Shown here: positions 1 through 9,574 of the stretch, in pieces
Layout: every line of letters starts with the position of its first letter
Numbering within the stretch: position 1 is the stretch's first letter
From: a bacterium
GTDB lineage: Bacteria; Patescibacteriota; Patescibacteriia; JAACEG01; JAGUWE01
DNA: 64,000 nucleotides
Assembly: GCA_043798995.1 (NCBI GenBank)
Contig: JAZDOD010000008.1
Location: forward strand, 25,327-89,326
Direction of reading: 5' to 3'
Translations under genes and position numbers: made by a program
Notes under the pieces: model-generated
Told to the model about the DNA's origin: nothing
The model's input: the letters and a program-made list of their open reading frames with translations, nothing else
Databases searched by the model: none

Positions 1-2059
1 TTGCTTCTTTTATAATTTTATCAAAGTGCCACCAGTAATTATTAATCACAAAATAAGCTTCTTTGACGCCGACTAATTTCATGGCTTCAGTCGTAATTTC
101 AGGTGAGGGATTATCATAAACCATTGAAAGATAATAAGTGTAAAGAGGGGAGCTGGTGGGAATAGGATAATAGAATTGATGATAAGTTTCTTTTTCATCA
201 ATTTTTATGGGATAAAAGTTTTTAAAGCCAAATTCGCGGATGGCCGCGGCCGAAACCTGCTGATTGGCCAAAACGATAAAGGGAGATTTTGCTTCTTTGT
301 CAATGTAATGCACGGCTTTGATGTCAGAGGCGGAGAGGCTGTAGCCGGGATTAGTTTGATATTCATCATCTCGGGGATAAGAGAGATAGAAAGAACTGGT
401 TATGAATAAACTTAAAAGAATTAAGAAACTGAATTTATAAATGAAAGATTTATTTTCCAGTTTTTTAACCATCAGGTAGCCGAAATAAAGAAGAATCGGC
501 ACCAGAAAATAAAAACTAATTTCCAAAACTCTCTGGCTGTAGTCACTTTGCTCATAACTGATAACAAAAGCAAAAAAGATAAAAAGCCGCAAAAAAAGAA
601 AATTGATAAAAGTCACCACAAAAGCCAGTAAGAAGCTGGCCAGAAATTTAAGTTTGTCTTTAAAGATATAAAGCGCCAACATTGTCAGAATAAAAACAAA
701 GAAATAAAAATTAATTTTATAAAAATAAGCTAAATCAAAGAGGAAATTGTATTGGTTAATAAAATAAAGACGAAGCCAGCCTAAAACACTGGCAAGATTT
801 GAAGCATTGGTTAACTGTTTGAAAGCCACGGCAAAGCCGCCTTGAATCAAATAATTAAGAAAGAATAAAATCGGCAGCGAGAAGCTTAAAAGAAAAAGAG
901 CGCCGGCCAAAATAATTTTTTTTTTCTTTTGAGGGATATTTTGATTGTCCCGAAAGTAACGCCCCAGATAAAGTAGCAGCGTCAAAAAAGCGGTCGGAAT
1001 ACCGGCTAAAGGATGAATCGCCAAAGAAGTAACCGATAGAATCAAAAGCGGGAAAATTTTAATTTTATTTTTAAGGTAAAGGAGCCCCAAGAAGATGGTA
1101 ATGAGAATATATAAATTAGCCAAATTCTGCGGTGTGGTAAAGGTAAAAGAAGCAAAAGGCCAGGCCAAAAAAGAAAAGGCCAGAAGCGCGCTTATCCTTT
1201 TTTCAAATCCCAGGGCCTGATTAAGAGAATAATAAATCAGAGGCGGCAGAAAAAGAGAAAAGGAGAGCGGGGTCAGGAGTTTGTCCAGTGTAACAAAATC
1301 AGCAGCAAATAATTTAGCCAAGATTACAACCAGCGAATATTGGCCAAGATAAAAAAGATTTTTAGGCAGGATCATGCCTTGCGCTAAAATTTCTTTTTCG
1401 GTGGCCTGATGGATTAAGCTGTCAAAACCAAAACCCAGTTTATAAACGATAATCGCAACTAAACTTGAAAAAAGCCAATGAAAAATAATTAAACCCAAAG
1501 TCAATTTTCTTTGCCGATCCTGCCAGATAATAGTCAAAAGAATAAAAGTGGCCAAAAAATAATAATAAAAGAGTTTAGCTGGCAGCAATTGCCAAGGCGA
1601 ACGGATTGCCTCGGTTGTTGATTGAGCTGAAACAAAGGAAAATAAGCTCAGAATTATTATTAGATAAACCAAAACTAAAATTAAATAGGGCAGAGTCAGG
1701 TGACGGGTCTCTTTTTCTTTAGTTTTTTCTTTTGGTTTTTTTTCTTCACGGCGCTTGGTTAATTTGGCAAGCGCCAAAGGAATTAAAATTAGAATTAAAC
1801 TAATCGCCAAATTATTTAATTTATAAAAGAAATAAACTACGGCGCCTACGAAACTAATTAAAGACAAAACAAAAAAAACGCCAAAGAAATTTTTAAAAAT
1901 TCGTTCTTGATTTGGTAAAAGCCAGTTGCCGGTTTTTTTGCCGCAAATAAAGAGATAAAGCAGGCCGGTTAAAAGGCCAATGACAAAATTGTGCCAAAAC
2001 CAAAGATTGGCTAAAATCAGAATAAGTAAAAGTATGATTTTAAAATTTTTGAAAAGCAT
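1..2059 (-). CDS. Large polytopic integral membrane protein, C-terminus off-window; GT-C-like or YfhO-like envelope protein
   Basis: Reverse-strand ATG at 2057-2059 opens a frame that runs to the window edge with no stop in my hand translation (MLFKNFKIILLLILILANLWFWHNF...). The product has many hydrophobic helices and K/F-rich loops. The ORF track omits it only because no stop lies inside the window. Confidence 0.55.
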   Translation of the reverse strand, partial: MLFKNFKIILLLILILANLWFWHNFVIGLLTGLLYLFICGKKTGNWLLPNQERIFKNFFGVFFVLSLISFVGAVVYFFYKLNNLAISLILILIPLALAKLTKRREEKKPKEKTKEKETRHLTLPYLILVLVYLIIILSLFSFVSAQSTTEAIRSPWQLLPAKLFYYYFLATFILLTIIWQDRQRKLTLGLIIFHWLFSSLVAIIVYKLGFGFDSLIHQATEKEILAQGMILPKNLFYLGQYSLVVILAKLFAADFVTLDKLLTPLSFSLFLPPLIYYSLNQALGFEKRISALLAFSFLAWPFASFTFTTPQNLANLYILITIFLGLLYLKNKIKIFPLLILSVTSLAIHPLAGIPTAFLTLLLYLGRYFRDNQNIPQKKKKIILAGALFLLSFSLPILFFLNYLIQGGFAVAFKQLTNASNLASVLGWLRLYFINQYNFLFDLAYFYKINFYFFVFILTMLALYIFKDKLKFLASFLLAFVVTFINFLFLRLFIFFAFVISYEQSDYSQRVLEISFYFLVPILLYFGYLMVKKLENKSFIYKFSFLILLSLFITSSFYLSYPRDDEYQTNPGYSLSASDIKAVHYIDKEAKSPFIVLANQQVSAAAIREFGFKNFYPIKIDEKETYHQFYYPIPTSSPLYTYYLSMVYDNPSPEITTEAMKLVGVKEAYFVINNYWWHFDKIIKEA

Positions 2060-2082
2060 AATATAGTATCATGTAATTAGTT

Positions 2083-2175
2083 TAGCCAAGATTAGCAAAT
2101 TTTCTTCTGTGGAACTCGCCCCGCCTTTGGCGGGGCTCAAACAATCCTCGTGCGAAAATTTGCCAATCTTGGCTT
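2083..2175 (+). repeat. Family-1 structured element, copy 1; candidate ncRNA or REP-like element
   Basis: Outer stem agccaagattagcaaatttt / aaaatttgccaatcttggct. Conserved core ATTTTCTTCTGtGGAACTC, then hairpin gccccgcctttggcggggc, then TCAAACAATCCTCGTGCGAAAAT. Homologous copies lie at 8554 and 14521. Confidence 0.6.
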
Positions 2176-2212
2176 CGGCGTCCCTTTTATTCATCATCAT
2201 TTTAACACCCTC

Positions 2213-2241
2213 TTGACAAAGAAGCAACAAGGTGATAAGAT
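2213..2241 (+). promoter_or_regulatory. Sigma70-like promoter: TTGACA, 17-nt spacer, TAAGAT
   Basis: TTGACA at 2213-2218, a 17-nt spacer and TAAGAT at 2236-2241. It sits upstream of the 2306 gene, whose RBS is AAGGAGG. Confidence 0.35.
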
Positions 2242-2305
2242 AAGAAGTTAATAAGGAGCTCTTTTTATTTTAGTACAAACCAATTACAAAACAAGGAGGT
2301 TAAAG

Positions 2306-2926
2306 ATGAGTCAATTAGTTACAAAAAAAAGGAAAGATAAGGAAGAGTTGGAAATGTTATTTTATAATCAGTGGTTAATGCTGAAGAAACGCGGTTGCCC
2401 CAAGCAGATTTTGGAATTTTTTAATAATCAGAAAAACGAGGTTGTTTCCGTTGCCAGCCGGATTTCATTTACCAAAGGCAATCTCCCTATTCTTTTAGTT
2501 CTTCCCCGGACTTCTCTAACTATTCATACTCAGATGACAATGGTGCGAAATGGCAAAATCAAAGGTTATACTATGATTGATCCTGTCGGGGTTTTTGAGA
2601 TGATTAAAACTCCCTCACGGCCATATTATCTTTTTGATGTAGAAAACGGCCGGGAAACCCTTGGCCAAAGCCCTGAAAAAGCCGAAAAGATAATTAAAAA
2701 ACAAAGACGCCTTTGTTCAACAGAAGTAGAAATTATTAACCTGGCTCTCCAAACCAATGTTTTAAAAAGACATTACCTTGACGCTACTGGCTGCCGCTAC
2801 ATTGATGAATCAAAAGTTCCCTATCTAGGCATGATAAAAGATAAACCAATTCTTCACTGGTATCGTTTAAAAAACGGCCATCCTTTCTGGGGTTCGCCTT
2901 CTTGTGGTAAACGTTTAGCACTTTAA
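2306..2926 (+). CDS. Hypothetical protein
   Basis: 206-aa ORF with a strong RBS (caaggagguuaaag ATG). I recognise no motifs. Confidence 0.6.
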   Translation: MSQLVTKKRKDKEELEMLFYNQWLMLKKRGCPKQILEFFNNQKNEVVSVASRISFTKGNLPILLVLPRTSLTIHTQMTMVRNGKIKGYTMIDPVGVFEMIKTPSRPYYLFDVENGRETLGQSPEKAEKIIKKQRRLCSTEVEIINLALQTNVLKRHYLDATGCRYIDESKVPYLGMIKDKPILHWYRLKNGHPFWGSPSCGKRLAL

Positions 2927-2937
2927 ATATTATTTAA

Positions 2938-2978
2938 AGGGGTAGATTAACCAAATTCTACCCCTTTTCTTTTTTTAG
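2938..2978 (+). terminator. Rho-independent terminator
   Basis: Hairpin aggggtaga ... tctacccct followed by a T-run (ttttcttttttt). Confidence 0.5.
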
Positions 2979-3021
2979 TTGTCAAAAGAAGAAATTTAAA
3001 CTAAAATAAAGTAAGGAAATT

Positions 3022-4626
3022 ATGCTTAGCTTAAAGGAAAAATTTAATTTTGATTGGCAATTTTTGGTTTTGGCCGGTTTAGCTATTGTTTTTTTCTTCG
3101 TTTATTCTTATCTGCCTTTGCAAGCGCCCGAAAAGTTTGTTTCGCCGGATGAAACAGCTAATTTTGTCTTTATTAAAACTTTAGCCAAAGAAGGCGTGCC
3201 GCGGATTTATGAGCCGCTTAACCGCGAGGTTGATAATTTGATTCATCCGCGCAGTATCAATGTCTATGGCGATTATTTGGTGCCGGGCAGTTTTTTGGGT
3301 TTAATTTTAATTTACGGACTGCTCGGTAAAATATTCGGTCTTTGCGTTGTTTCTTTTTTGACGCCTCTTCTAGCTATTTTGGCAGCTTTATTTTTTTATT
3401 ACCTGATTAAAAAAATTTTCAGCGCCGATGTTGCTTTTTTTTCCGGCCTTTTTCTACTGATTCACCCCGCTTTTTGGTATTGGACGAGCCGTTCCTTAGC
3501 TAATAATGTTTTATTTGTTTCTTTGGTGATAGGAGGACTCGCGATTTTAACTGTCAGGAAAAAGAAAAATGAATTAACTTTTGCCCTGGGAGGTTTGTTT
3601 TTTGGTTTAGCGGCAATAGTCCGAACTTCGGAAATAGTTTGGCTTGGTTTCATGCTTTTGGCTTTAGCTCTAATTTACCGTAAATATCTTTCCTGGCGCA
3701 GGATTTTTGTTTTTATCTTTTTCTTTGTTTTGGTGATGTTGCCAATTTTTTATTATAATCAAATTCTTTATCAGAGTCCTTTTGCCAGCGGTTATTCACA
3801 GCTTCAGGAAAATCTGCCACCGCCGCGCTTTTTTATTTCCAAAGCCCAAATTAAACATTTCTTTTTCCCCTTTGAAGTGGTGAGTGATAATTTTTTGAAA
3901 AATTTTTTCAATTATTTTGTTTCATTTTTTCTTATTTATTTTATTTTTTTTATTTTAGGGACCTTTCTTTTTATTTGGCGGTTAAAAAAAGAAAAACGGC
4001 CGCAGAAAATTTATTTCATTTTTTTTCTTATAATTTCGGTGTATTTAATAATATATTATGGCAGTTGGAATTTTCATGACAATTTAGATCCTGCTAAAGT
4101 TACGATTGGCACTTCTTATGTCCGTTATTGGCTGCCTGTCTATATTTTTTCTCTGCCCTTTGTGAGCTTGATTTTTTTAGCTTTTTTAGATATTTTTAAA
4201 AAGAAGTATTTAAAGTTGCTTATCGGCGGCTTAGCCATTTTAATTTTATTTGTTTATTCAGTCAATTTGGTTTTTTCCAATGAGGAGGGTTTATTGAGAA
4301 TCAAAGAGAATCTTTGGGATTATCAGGAAAAATCCAAAACTATCCAACGGCTAACCGAATCTAACGCGGTTATCGTAGCTGATCGCAACGATAAGACAGT
4401 TTTTCCCGAGCGAAGAGCGGTAAGTTGTTTGATTGCCGATTGCCCGAAATTTAAATCTTTAGGCAAGTTGATTGAACGCACCCCGGTTTATTATTACCCC
4501 AGCTCTCTCAATTTTAAAGCCGGGGAATTTAACAAAAATGTTTTAATAAAATACGGACTAGAGATTGATGAGGGCAGGGCGGTGAAAGAGAAAGAGAAAA
4601 TTTATAAATTTAGAATTAAGAATTAA
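3022..4626 (+). CDS. GT-C family glycosyltransferase (ArnT/PMT-like polytopic membrane protein)
   Basis: 534 aa with at least 10 predicted TM helices. A first periplasmic loop with a PDE motif (FVSPDETANF) is typical of GT-C enzymes. It lies next to the rml sugar-nucleotide genes. Confidence 0.6.
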   Translation: MLSLKEKFNFDWQFLVLAGLAIVFFFVYSYLPLQAPEKFVSPDETANFVFIKTLAKEGVPRIYEPLNREVDNLIHPRSINVYGDYLVPGSFLGLILIYGLLGKIFGLCVVSFLTPLLAILAALFFYYLIKKIFSADVAFFSGLFLLIHPAFWYWTSRSLANNVLFVSLVIGGLAILTVRKKKNELTFALGGLFFGLAAIVRTSEIVWLGFMLLALALIYRKYLSWRRIFVFIFFFVLVMLPIFYYNQILYQSPFASGYSQLQENLPPPRFFISKAQIKHFFFPFEVVSDNFLKNFFNYFVSFFLIYFIFFILGTFLFIWRLKKEKRPQKIYFIFFLIISVYLIIYYGSWNFHDNLDPAKVTIGTSYVRYWLPVYIFSLPFVSLIFLAFLDIFKKKYLKLLIGGLAILILFVYSVNLVFSNEEGLLRIKENLWDYQEKSKTIQRLTESNAVIVADRNDKTVFPERRAVSCLIADCPKFKSLGKLIERTPVYYYPSSLNFKAGEFNKNVLIKYGLEIDEGRAVKEKEKIYKFRIKN

Positions 4627-4647
4627 GATTTATGATTTAAGAATTTT

Positions 4648-5250
4648 ATGGATAAAGATAATTTAAAAAGATGGCATAAGCGAATCAGGATAATTTTAAT
4701 TATTATTCCAATTTTAACTTTCATTTGGCTGGTCAACAAAAACCTTGTTCCTTCGGGAAAACTCTCGGCAAATTATAATTTACAAGAACTTTCTCCTTAT
4801 ATTAGTCGGCTTTATCCGGCTGGACGAGTTTTGGGCGTTGAACAAAGTAAAAACGGCGATTATTATCAGTCAATTGTCATTGACCCGGTTTATTTTAAAG
4901 TTTATTTGCCAGTAAGTTTTGAGCGTGCTAAAATTATTTTAAAATTTCAAACGAATAAAGTTAATAATTTACGCCTTGGCTATCAAATCGGCCCTGACTT
5001 TCAATATTATTTTAAAAATGTTGTGCCGATTAAAAGAGAAGGCGGGTGGCTGATGTCCGAGGTTGATTTTAATTTAGCCAACGCTTATATTAAAGATAAT
5101 AAACTAAAATTTGCCATCTCCTCGCCCCGGCTTGATGAAACTGAAGGAGAGATTAAAATTAATTCAATTCAAGTGGTTTTAGAAAAAGAACCATTAACAA
5201 TAAAAGATGTGCTAATGTTGATTAAAAAGTTTGTTAAAAAGATTTTGTAA
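4648..5250 (+). CDS. Hypothetical membrane-anchored protein
   Basis: 200 aa with an N-terminal TM helix (IILIIIPILTFIWLV). Confidence 0.5.
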   Translation: MDKDNLKRWHKRIRIILIIIPILTFIWLVNKNLVPSGKLSANYNLQELSPYISRLYPAGRVLGVEQSKNGDYYQSIVIDPVYFKVYLPVSFERAKIILKFQTNKVNNLRLGYQIGPDFQYYFKNVVPIKREGGWLMSEVDFNLANAYIKDNKLKFAISSPRLDETEGEIKINSIQVVLEKEPLTIKDVLMLIKKFVKKIL

Positions 5251-5254
5251 ACTT

Positions 5255-5473
5255 ATGTTTTTCAAAAATTCGGAACAAAAAAAATCAATTAATAAATTTA
5301 TTTTAGAAGTTATTGACGATATTTTTAAAATTTCGGTGGTTACGTTTTTGATTTTTGCTTTGTTTGAACTTTGGCGGCCGGGTTTTGCGGTTAATTATCT
5401 TAATATGAATATGCTTTTAGGATTAGTTTTGGCAAGCGGGATAGTGAGTTTGCTTTTTAATATAAATGATTAG
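5255..5473 (+). CDS. Small membrane protein, 2 TM
   Basis: 72-aa ORF with two hydrophobic helices. The start could be 5231 or 5255. Confidence 0.3.
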   Translation: MFFKNSEQKKSINKFILEVIDDIFKISVVTFLIFALFELWRPGFAVNYLNMNMLLGLVLASGIVSLLFNIND

Positions 5474-5507
5474 TTTATATATTTTATTTAAAATAAATTA
5501 GATTTTT

Positions 5508-5843
5508 ATGAAAAAGACTAAATTAATCTTGGGAATTTTTGTTGCGTTATTTCTTGTTTCATTTATTATAGCTTATTGTTTTAATTCGCTCGGTTTTTTA
5601 GGGCTGTGTAGGGTTGGTTATAAAATTGGTCAAGGAATGGGATTGCGTTTTTGTTATAAGCCAACTGGTTTTGATGGAAGACCTTGCGATAGAAAAACTG
5701 ATTGTGGTGGAGGCGAATGCTTTTTAGTTGATCAAAATAGATTAACGGGAAGGGGGATCTGTAATGATTTACCCTATGGTTGCCATACACGAATAAACGA
5801 AAAAGGTAATTTTAACGCAGGAGAAATCCTTTGTATTGATTAA
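5508..5843 (+). CDS. Secreted cysteine-rich small protein
   Basis: Signal peptide or TM (LILGIFVALFLVSFIIA) and a mature region with about 10 Cys (…PCDRKTDCGGGECF…GICND…GCH…LCID). Confidence 0.5.
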   Translation: MKKTKLILGIFVALFLVSFIIAYCFNSLGFLGLCRVGYKIGQGMGLRFCYKPTGFDGRPCDRKTDCGGGECFLVDQNRLTGRGICNDLPYGCHTRINEKGNFNAGEILCID

Positions 5844-5871
5844 TAAAAAATTTTTACAAAGGTAAATTTTT

Positions 5872-6330
5872 TTGATTATGATCAATGGAGTAAAAATTAT
5901 TGAGCTTAAAAAGAAGGAGGACGCCAGGGGGTGGTTAGCTGAGATTTACAGAAAAGACGAGATTAATTATCAGCCGGTGATGAGCTATGTAAGCGTGACC
6001 AAGCCGGGTGTTATTCGCGGGCCGCATGAACACAAAAAACAAGCTGATTTTTTTGTTTTTTTAGGGTCGGGCAAATTTCGTCTTTATCTTTGGGATAATA
6101 GGCCAGATTCTCTAACTTATCAAAAACAAGAAATTGTTGAAGCCGGCGAAGATAATCCAATGGCTGTTTTAGTTCCGGCCGGCGTGGTTCATGGCTACAA
6201 ATGCATTTCCGAAATCCCAGGCTGGTGCATTAATTTGCCGGATAAGCTTTATAAAGGCGAAGATAAAAAAGAAGAGGTTGATGAGATAAGATGGGAAAAC
6301 GATCCCAATTCGCCATTTAAGATAGAGTAG
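5872..6330 (+). CDS. dTDP-4-dehydrorhamnose 3,5-epimerase family cupin (RmlC/FdtA-like)
   Basis: DARGWLAEIYR and RGPHEH…FFVFLGSGKFRLYLWD resemble the RmlC cupin core. An alternative ATG start lies at 5878; 5872 is a TTG. Confidence 0.6.
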   Translation: MIMINGVKIIELKKKEDARGWLAEIYRKDEINYQPVMSYVSVTKPGVIRGPHEHKKQADFFVFLGSGKFRLYLWDNRPDSLTYQKQEIVEAGEDNPMAVLVPAGVVHGYKCISEIPGWCINLPDKLYKGEDKKEEVDEIRWENDPNSPFKIE

Positions 6331-6339
6331 ATTTCATTT

Positions 6340-6460
6340 AATTAAGTCAAAGGTCAAAATTCAAAAGTCAAAAATTCAAGTCAAAAGTTAAAAGTTTTTA
6401 AATTAATTTTGCATTTTGAATTGTCATTTTGCATTTTGATTTTTGCATTTTGAATTTTTT
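6340..6460. repeat. AT-rich degenerate tandem repeats forming an imperfect long palindrome
   Basis: Left half repeats (g/t)tcaaaa about 7 times; right half repeats ttttgca/attttga. The two halves are roughly reverse-complementary. Confidence 0.5.
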
Positions 6461-6856
6461 ATGGATTGTATTTTTTGTAAAATTATTGCCGGAGAAATTC
6501 CAAGCCACAAAGTTTACGAAGACGACAATTATTTTGCTTTTTTGGATATCAGGCCGTTAAATCCGGGGCATACTTTAGTGGTGCCAAAAAAACATTATCG
6601 CTGGGTTTGGGACGCGGAAGACATTGGCGGCTATTATCAGGTGGTGCAGAAGATTGCCAAGACCCTGAGAAAAGTTTTTGCGACTGAATATATTGTTTCT
6701 TTGGTTTTTGGCGAAGAAGTGCCGCATGCCCATGTCTGGTTGGTGCCAAGATTACCCGATGACGGTCATGGCGGCGCGATTAAATTAGATAGTATTAAAG
6801 AAATAAGCAAAGAAGAAATGGCCGAAATCGCGGTAAAAATAAAGAACAATTTGTAA
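6461..6856 (+). CDS. HIT-family (histidine triad) nucleotide hydrolase
   Basis: MDCIFCKIIAGEIP…NPGHTLVVPKKH…EVPHAHVWLVP matches the HIT motif HxHxHxx. Confidence 0.7.
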   Translation: MDCIFCKIIAGEIPSHKVYEDDNYFAFLDIRPLNPGHTLVVPKKHYRWVWDAEDIGGYYQVVQKIAKTLRKVFATEYIVSLVFGEEVPHAHVWLVPRLPDDGHGGAIKLDSIKEISKEEMAEIAVKIKNNL

Positions 6857-6867
6857 ATTTTAAAATT

Positions 6868-7875
6868 ATGAAAATTTTGGTCACTGGCGGAGCAGGTTTT
6901 ATTGGCTCCAACTTCATACACTATATCCTTAAAAAATACCCTGATTACAAAATTATCAATCTGGATTTTTTGACTTACGCCGGCAATTTGGAGAATTTGA
7001 AAGAGGTTGAAAAAAATCCAAATTATCAATTTGTTAAAGGCGATGTGGCTGATAAAAATTTAGTGAATAATTTGGTCAAAGAAATTAATCTTATTGTTCA
7101 TTTTGCTGCCGAATCTCATGTTGACCGTTCTATTATGGACGCTAAGGCCTTTCTTCACACCAATGTTATCGGCACTCACAATTTAATAGAAGCGGCCAAA
7201 AATAACAGCAATATTCGTTTTCATCATATTTCCACCGATGAAGTTTTTGGTTCTCTTGAGCCGAATAATCTGCTTTTCAATGAAAATACGTCCTACAGCC
7301 CTCGCAGTCCTTATGCTGCCTCTAAGGCCGCGGCCGATCATTTAGTCAGAACTTATTATCATACTTACAATCTGCCAATCACAATTTCTAATTGTTCTAA
7401 TAATTATGGGCCTTATCAATTTCCGGAAAAATTAATACCCCTTTTTATTACTAATTTAATAGAAGGAAAGAAAGTTCCGCTTTATGGCGATGGCTTGAAT
7501 ATTCGCGATTGGCTTTTTGTAGAGGATCATTGCGAGGCGATAGATTTGATTATTCATCAAGGAAAAATCGGTGAGACATATTGCATCGGCGGAAACTCTG
7601 AAAAAACCAATAAAGAAATCACTAATAAAATTTTGGAGATTATGGGTAAGTCGGAGGAAATGATTGAATATGTCAAAGATCGTCCGGGCCATGACCGCCG
7701 TTACGCTATTGATTTTTCCAAGATTAAAAAAGAATTGGGTTGGCAGCCGAAAATAGATTTTGAGGAAGGACTAAAAAATACCATTGAGTGGTATAAAGGA
7801 AACGAGTCCTGGTGGCAAGACATTAAATCAGGCGCTTATTTAGAATATTATCAAAAGCAATATCATGAAAGGTAA
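6868..7875 (+). CDS. rfbB: dTDP-glucose 4,6-dehydratase
   Basis: MKILVTGGAGFIGSNF…, YAASKAAADHLV (YxxxK), 335 aa SDR-extended fold, in the rml cluster. Confidence 0.85.
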   Translation: MKILVTGGAGFIGSNFIHYILKKYPDYKIINLDFLTYAGNLENLKEVEKNPNYQFVKGDVADKNLVNNLVKEINLIVHFAAESHVDRSIMDAKAFLHTNVIGTHNLIEAAKNNSNIRFHHISTDEVFGSLEPNNLLFNENTSYSPRSPYAASKAAADHLVRTYYHTYNLPITISNCSNNYGPYQFPEKLIPLFITNLIEGKKVPLYGDGLNIRDWLFVEDHCEAIDLIIHQGKIGETYCIGGNSEKTNKEITNKILEIMGKSEEMIEYVKDRPGHDRRYAIDFSKIKKELGWQPKIDFEEGLKNTIEWYKGNESWWQDIKSGAYLEYYQKQYHER

Positions 7876-8563
7876 GAAAATTTTATTAGGTCTAACCACT
7901 ACGTCGCGTTCTGATTGGCGAAAAAAAATTAAAGAGATAGAATTTTATAATATTAAGGAGATAGCTTTATTCCCAACAGTTTTGTTGCCAGAAGAGAGAA
8001 AAGAATTATATCAATTATTAGAAAAAAGCCCGGTTGAAAAAATTACGCTTGTGCATTTGCGCAGTGATATGGAAATTTGGGAACTTGACTATTTAACAGA
8101 AAGATACAAAACAGAAGTTTTTAATATTCATCCGATTAAAAAGCATCCTTTAAAACATGATTATTCAAAATACGCTGATAAAATTTATATTGAAAATCTA
8201 ACCGAATTACCGCGTATTCCAAATCTTAAAAAATTTGCCGGGCTATGCCTTGATTTCAGCCATTGGGAAGATAAAGCCAGCACTATTGTCGATTACGATA
8301 AAGAAATTCGTTTTCTGATTAAAAAATTTAAAACAGGTTGCTGTCATATTTCAGTGACTAAAAGTTATCTGCAAAAAGATCCAGGTCGGCCGGGGAAGTT
8401 TGAATGTTCATCGCATTGGCTGGATGATTTAAGCGAATTAAATTATATTAAAAAATATTTAGTATTTTTGCCTGAAATAATCAGCATTGAATTAGAAAAC
8501 TCGTTTGTCGAGCAGCTTAAAGCGAAAAAATATTTAGAGAAAATGATAAACAATCAGGGTTAG
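7865..8563 (+). CDS. Hypothetical protein embedded in the rml operon
   Basis: 232 aa, overlapping the rfbB stop by 11 nt. I recognise no motif. Confidence 0.5.
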   Translation: MKGKKILLGLTTTSRSDWRKKIKEIEFYNIKEIALFPTVLLPEERKELYQLLEKSPVEKITLVHLRSDMEIWELDYLTERYKTEVFNIHPIKKHPLKHDYSKYADKIYIENLTELPRIPNLKKFAGLCLDFSHWEDKASTIVDYDKEIRFLIKKFKTGCCHISVTKSYLQKDPGRPGKFECSSHWLDDLSELNYIKKYLVFLPEIISIELENSFVEQLKAKKYLEKMINNQG

Positions 8564-8637
8564 TAAATTTTCTTCTGCGGAACTCACTCGCTTCGCTCGT
8601 TCAGACAATCCTCGTGCGAAAATTTACTGACCCTGAT
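8554..8637 (+). repeat. Family-1 structured element, copy 2
   Basis: Outer stem tcagggttagtaaatttt / aaaatttactgaccctga, which overlaps the stop codon of the upstream ORF. The core is the same as copy 1, ATTTTCTTCTGCGGAACTC…TCAGACAATCCTCGTGCGAAAAT. Confidence 0.6.
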
Positions 8638-8657
8638 TTAAAAGGCATCAATATTTT

Positions 8658-9506
8658 ATGAAAAAAATTTTAATTATTGGCGCCAAGGGTATGCTGGGTC
8701 AGCAGTTGATTGAAGTTTTTGGCGAGGATAAAAATTATCAAGTTATCGGCTGGGGCAAAGAGGAAATTGATATAACCAATTTTGACCAAATTCGCGAGAA
8801 AATTTCAGCAGAAAGGCCGGACATAATTATTAACTGCGCTGCCTATAATAATGTTGACGGCTGTGAAGAAAATGAGGAGCTAGCCAACTTAATCAATGGC
8901 TACGCGGTTGGTTGTTTAGCTAAAATTTCTCAAGAAATCGGCACTTTACTTATTCATTACAGTAGCGGTTATGTTTTTGACGGTAGTAAAGAAGGTTACA
9001 TTGAAGATGATAAGCCACAGCCAATTTCCAAATATGCCCTTTCAAAATATTTAGGGGAAAAAGAATTAACCAGGGAAAATAAAAAATTTTATTTAATTCG
9101 TACTAACTTACTTTTTGGTCCCGGGGCTTTAACCCCTGGCGCTAAAAAAAGTTTTGTTGATTTGATTTTGGATTTGGCCGAGGTCCGTGATTCTTTTAAA
9201 TTTGTCACCGATGAAATAAGCAACCCAACTTATGTTGTTGATTTAGCAGAGGTAACTAAAAAATTAATTGAAGAAAAATATCCTTTTGGTATTTATCATT
9301 TAGTTAATGATGGTCAAGCTTCTTGGTATGATTGGGCCAAGGAAATTTTTAGACTTGAGAAGATTGAAAAAAAAATTATACCCATTAAAGCTGAAGAATA
9401 TCCGCGGCCGGCCAAACGGCCAAAAAATTCAGTTTTACTTAATACCAAATTTCCGAAATTGCGAAGTTGGCAGGAGGCTTTAGCTTCCTATTTGCAAAAA
9501 AGATAA
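8658..9506 (+). CDS. rfbD: dTDP-4-dehydrorhamnose reductase
   Basis: MKKILIIGAKGMLG…, INCAAYNNVDGCE, 282 aa, typical RmlD. Confidence 0.8.
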   Translation: MKKILIIGAKGMLGQQLIEVFGEDKNYQVIGWGKEEIDITNFDQIREKISAERPDIIINCAAYNNVDGCEENEELANLINGYAVGCLAKISQEIGTLLIHYSSGYVFDGSKEGYIEDDKPQPISKYALSKYLGEKELTRENKKFYLIRTNLLFGPGALTPGAKKSFVDLILDLAEVRDSFKFVTDEISNPTYVVDLAEVTKKLIEEKYPFGIYHLVNDGQASWYDWAKEIFRLEKIEKKIIPIKAEEYPRPAKRPKNSVLLNTKFPKLRSWQEALASYLQKR

Positions 9507-9574
9507 AATGTGGTAAAAGTAATATATCAGATATTTAGTGAGTTAAGAGTTAAATTTAGTAATTCTTAATTGTT

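Noticed and set aside
176-409. 77-aa + strand ORF in the first 2 kb
   Set aside because: It lies entirely antisense to the long minus-strand membrane-protein gene (1-2059). Composition comes from K/F codons on the opposite strand. No RBS.
2083-2175. Family-1 element as a hammerhead, twister or other known self-cleaving ribozyme, or a retron msr/msd
   Set aside because: It lacks the CUGANGA…GAAA hammerhead core and any twister, pistol or HDV signature I can recall. No reverse transcriptase gene is nearby. Left as an unclassified structured element.
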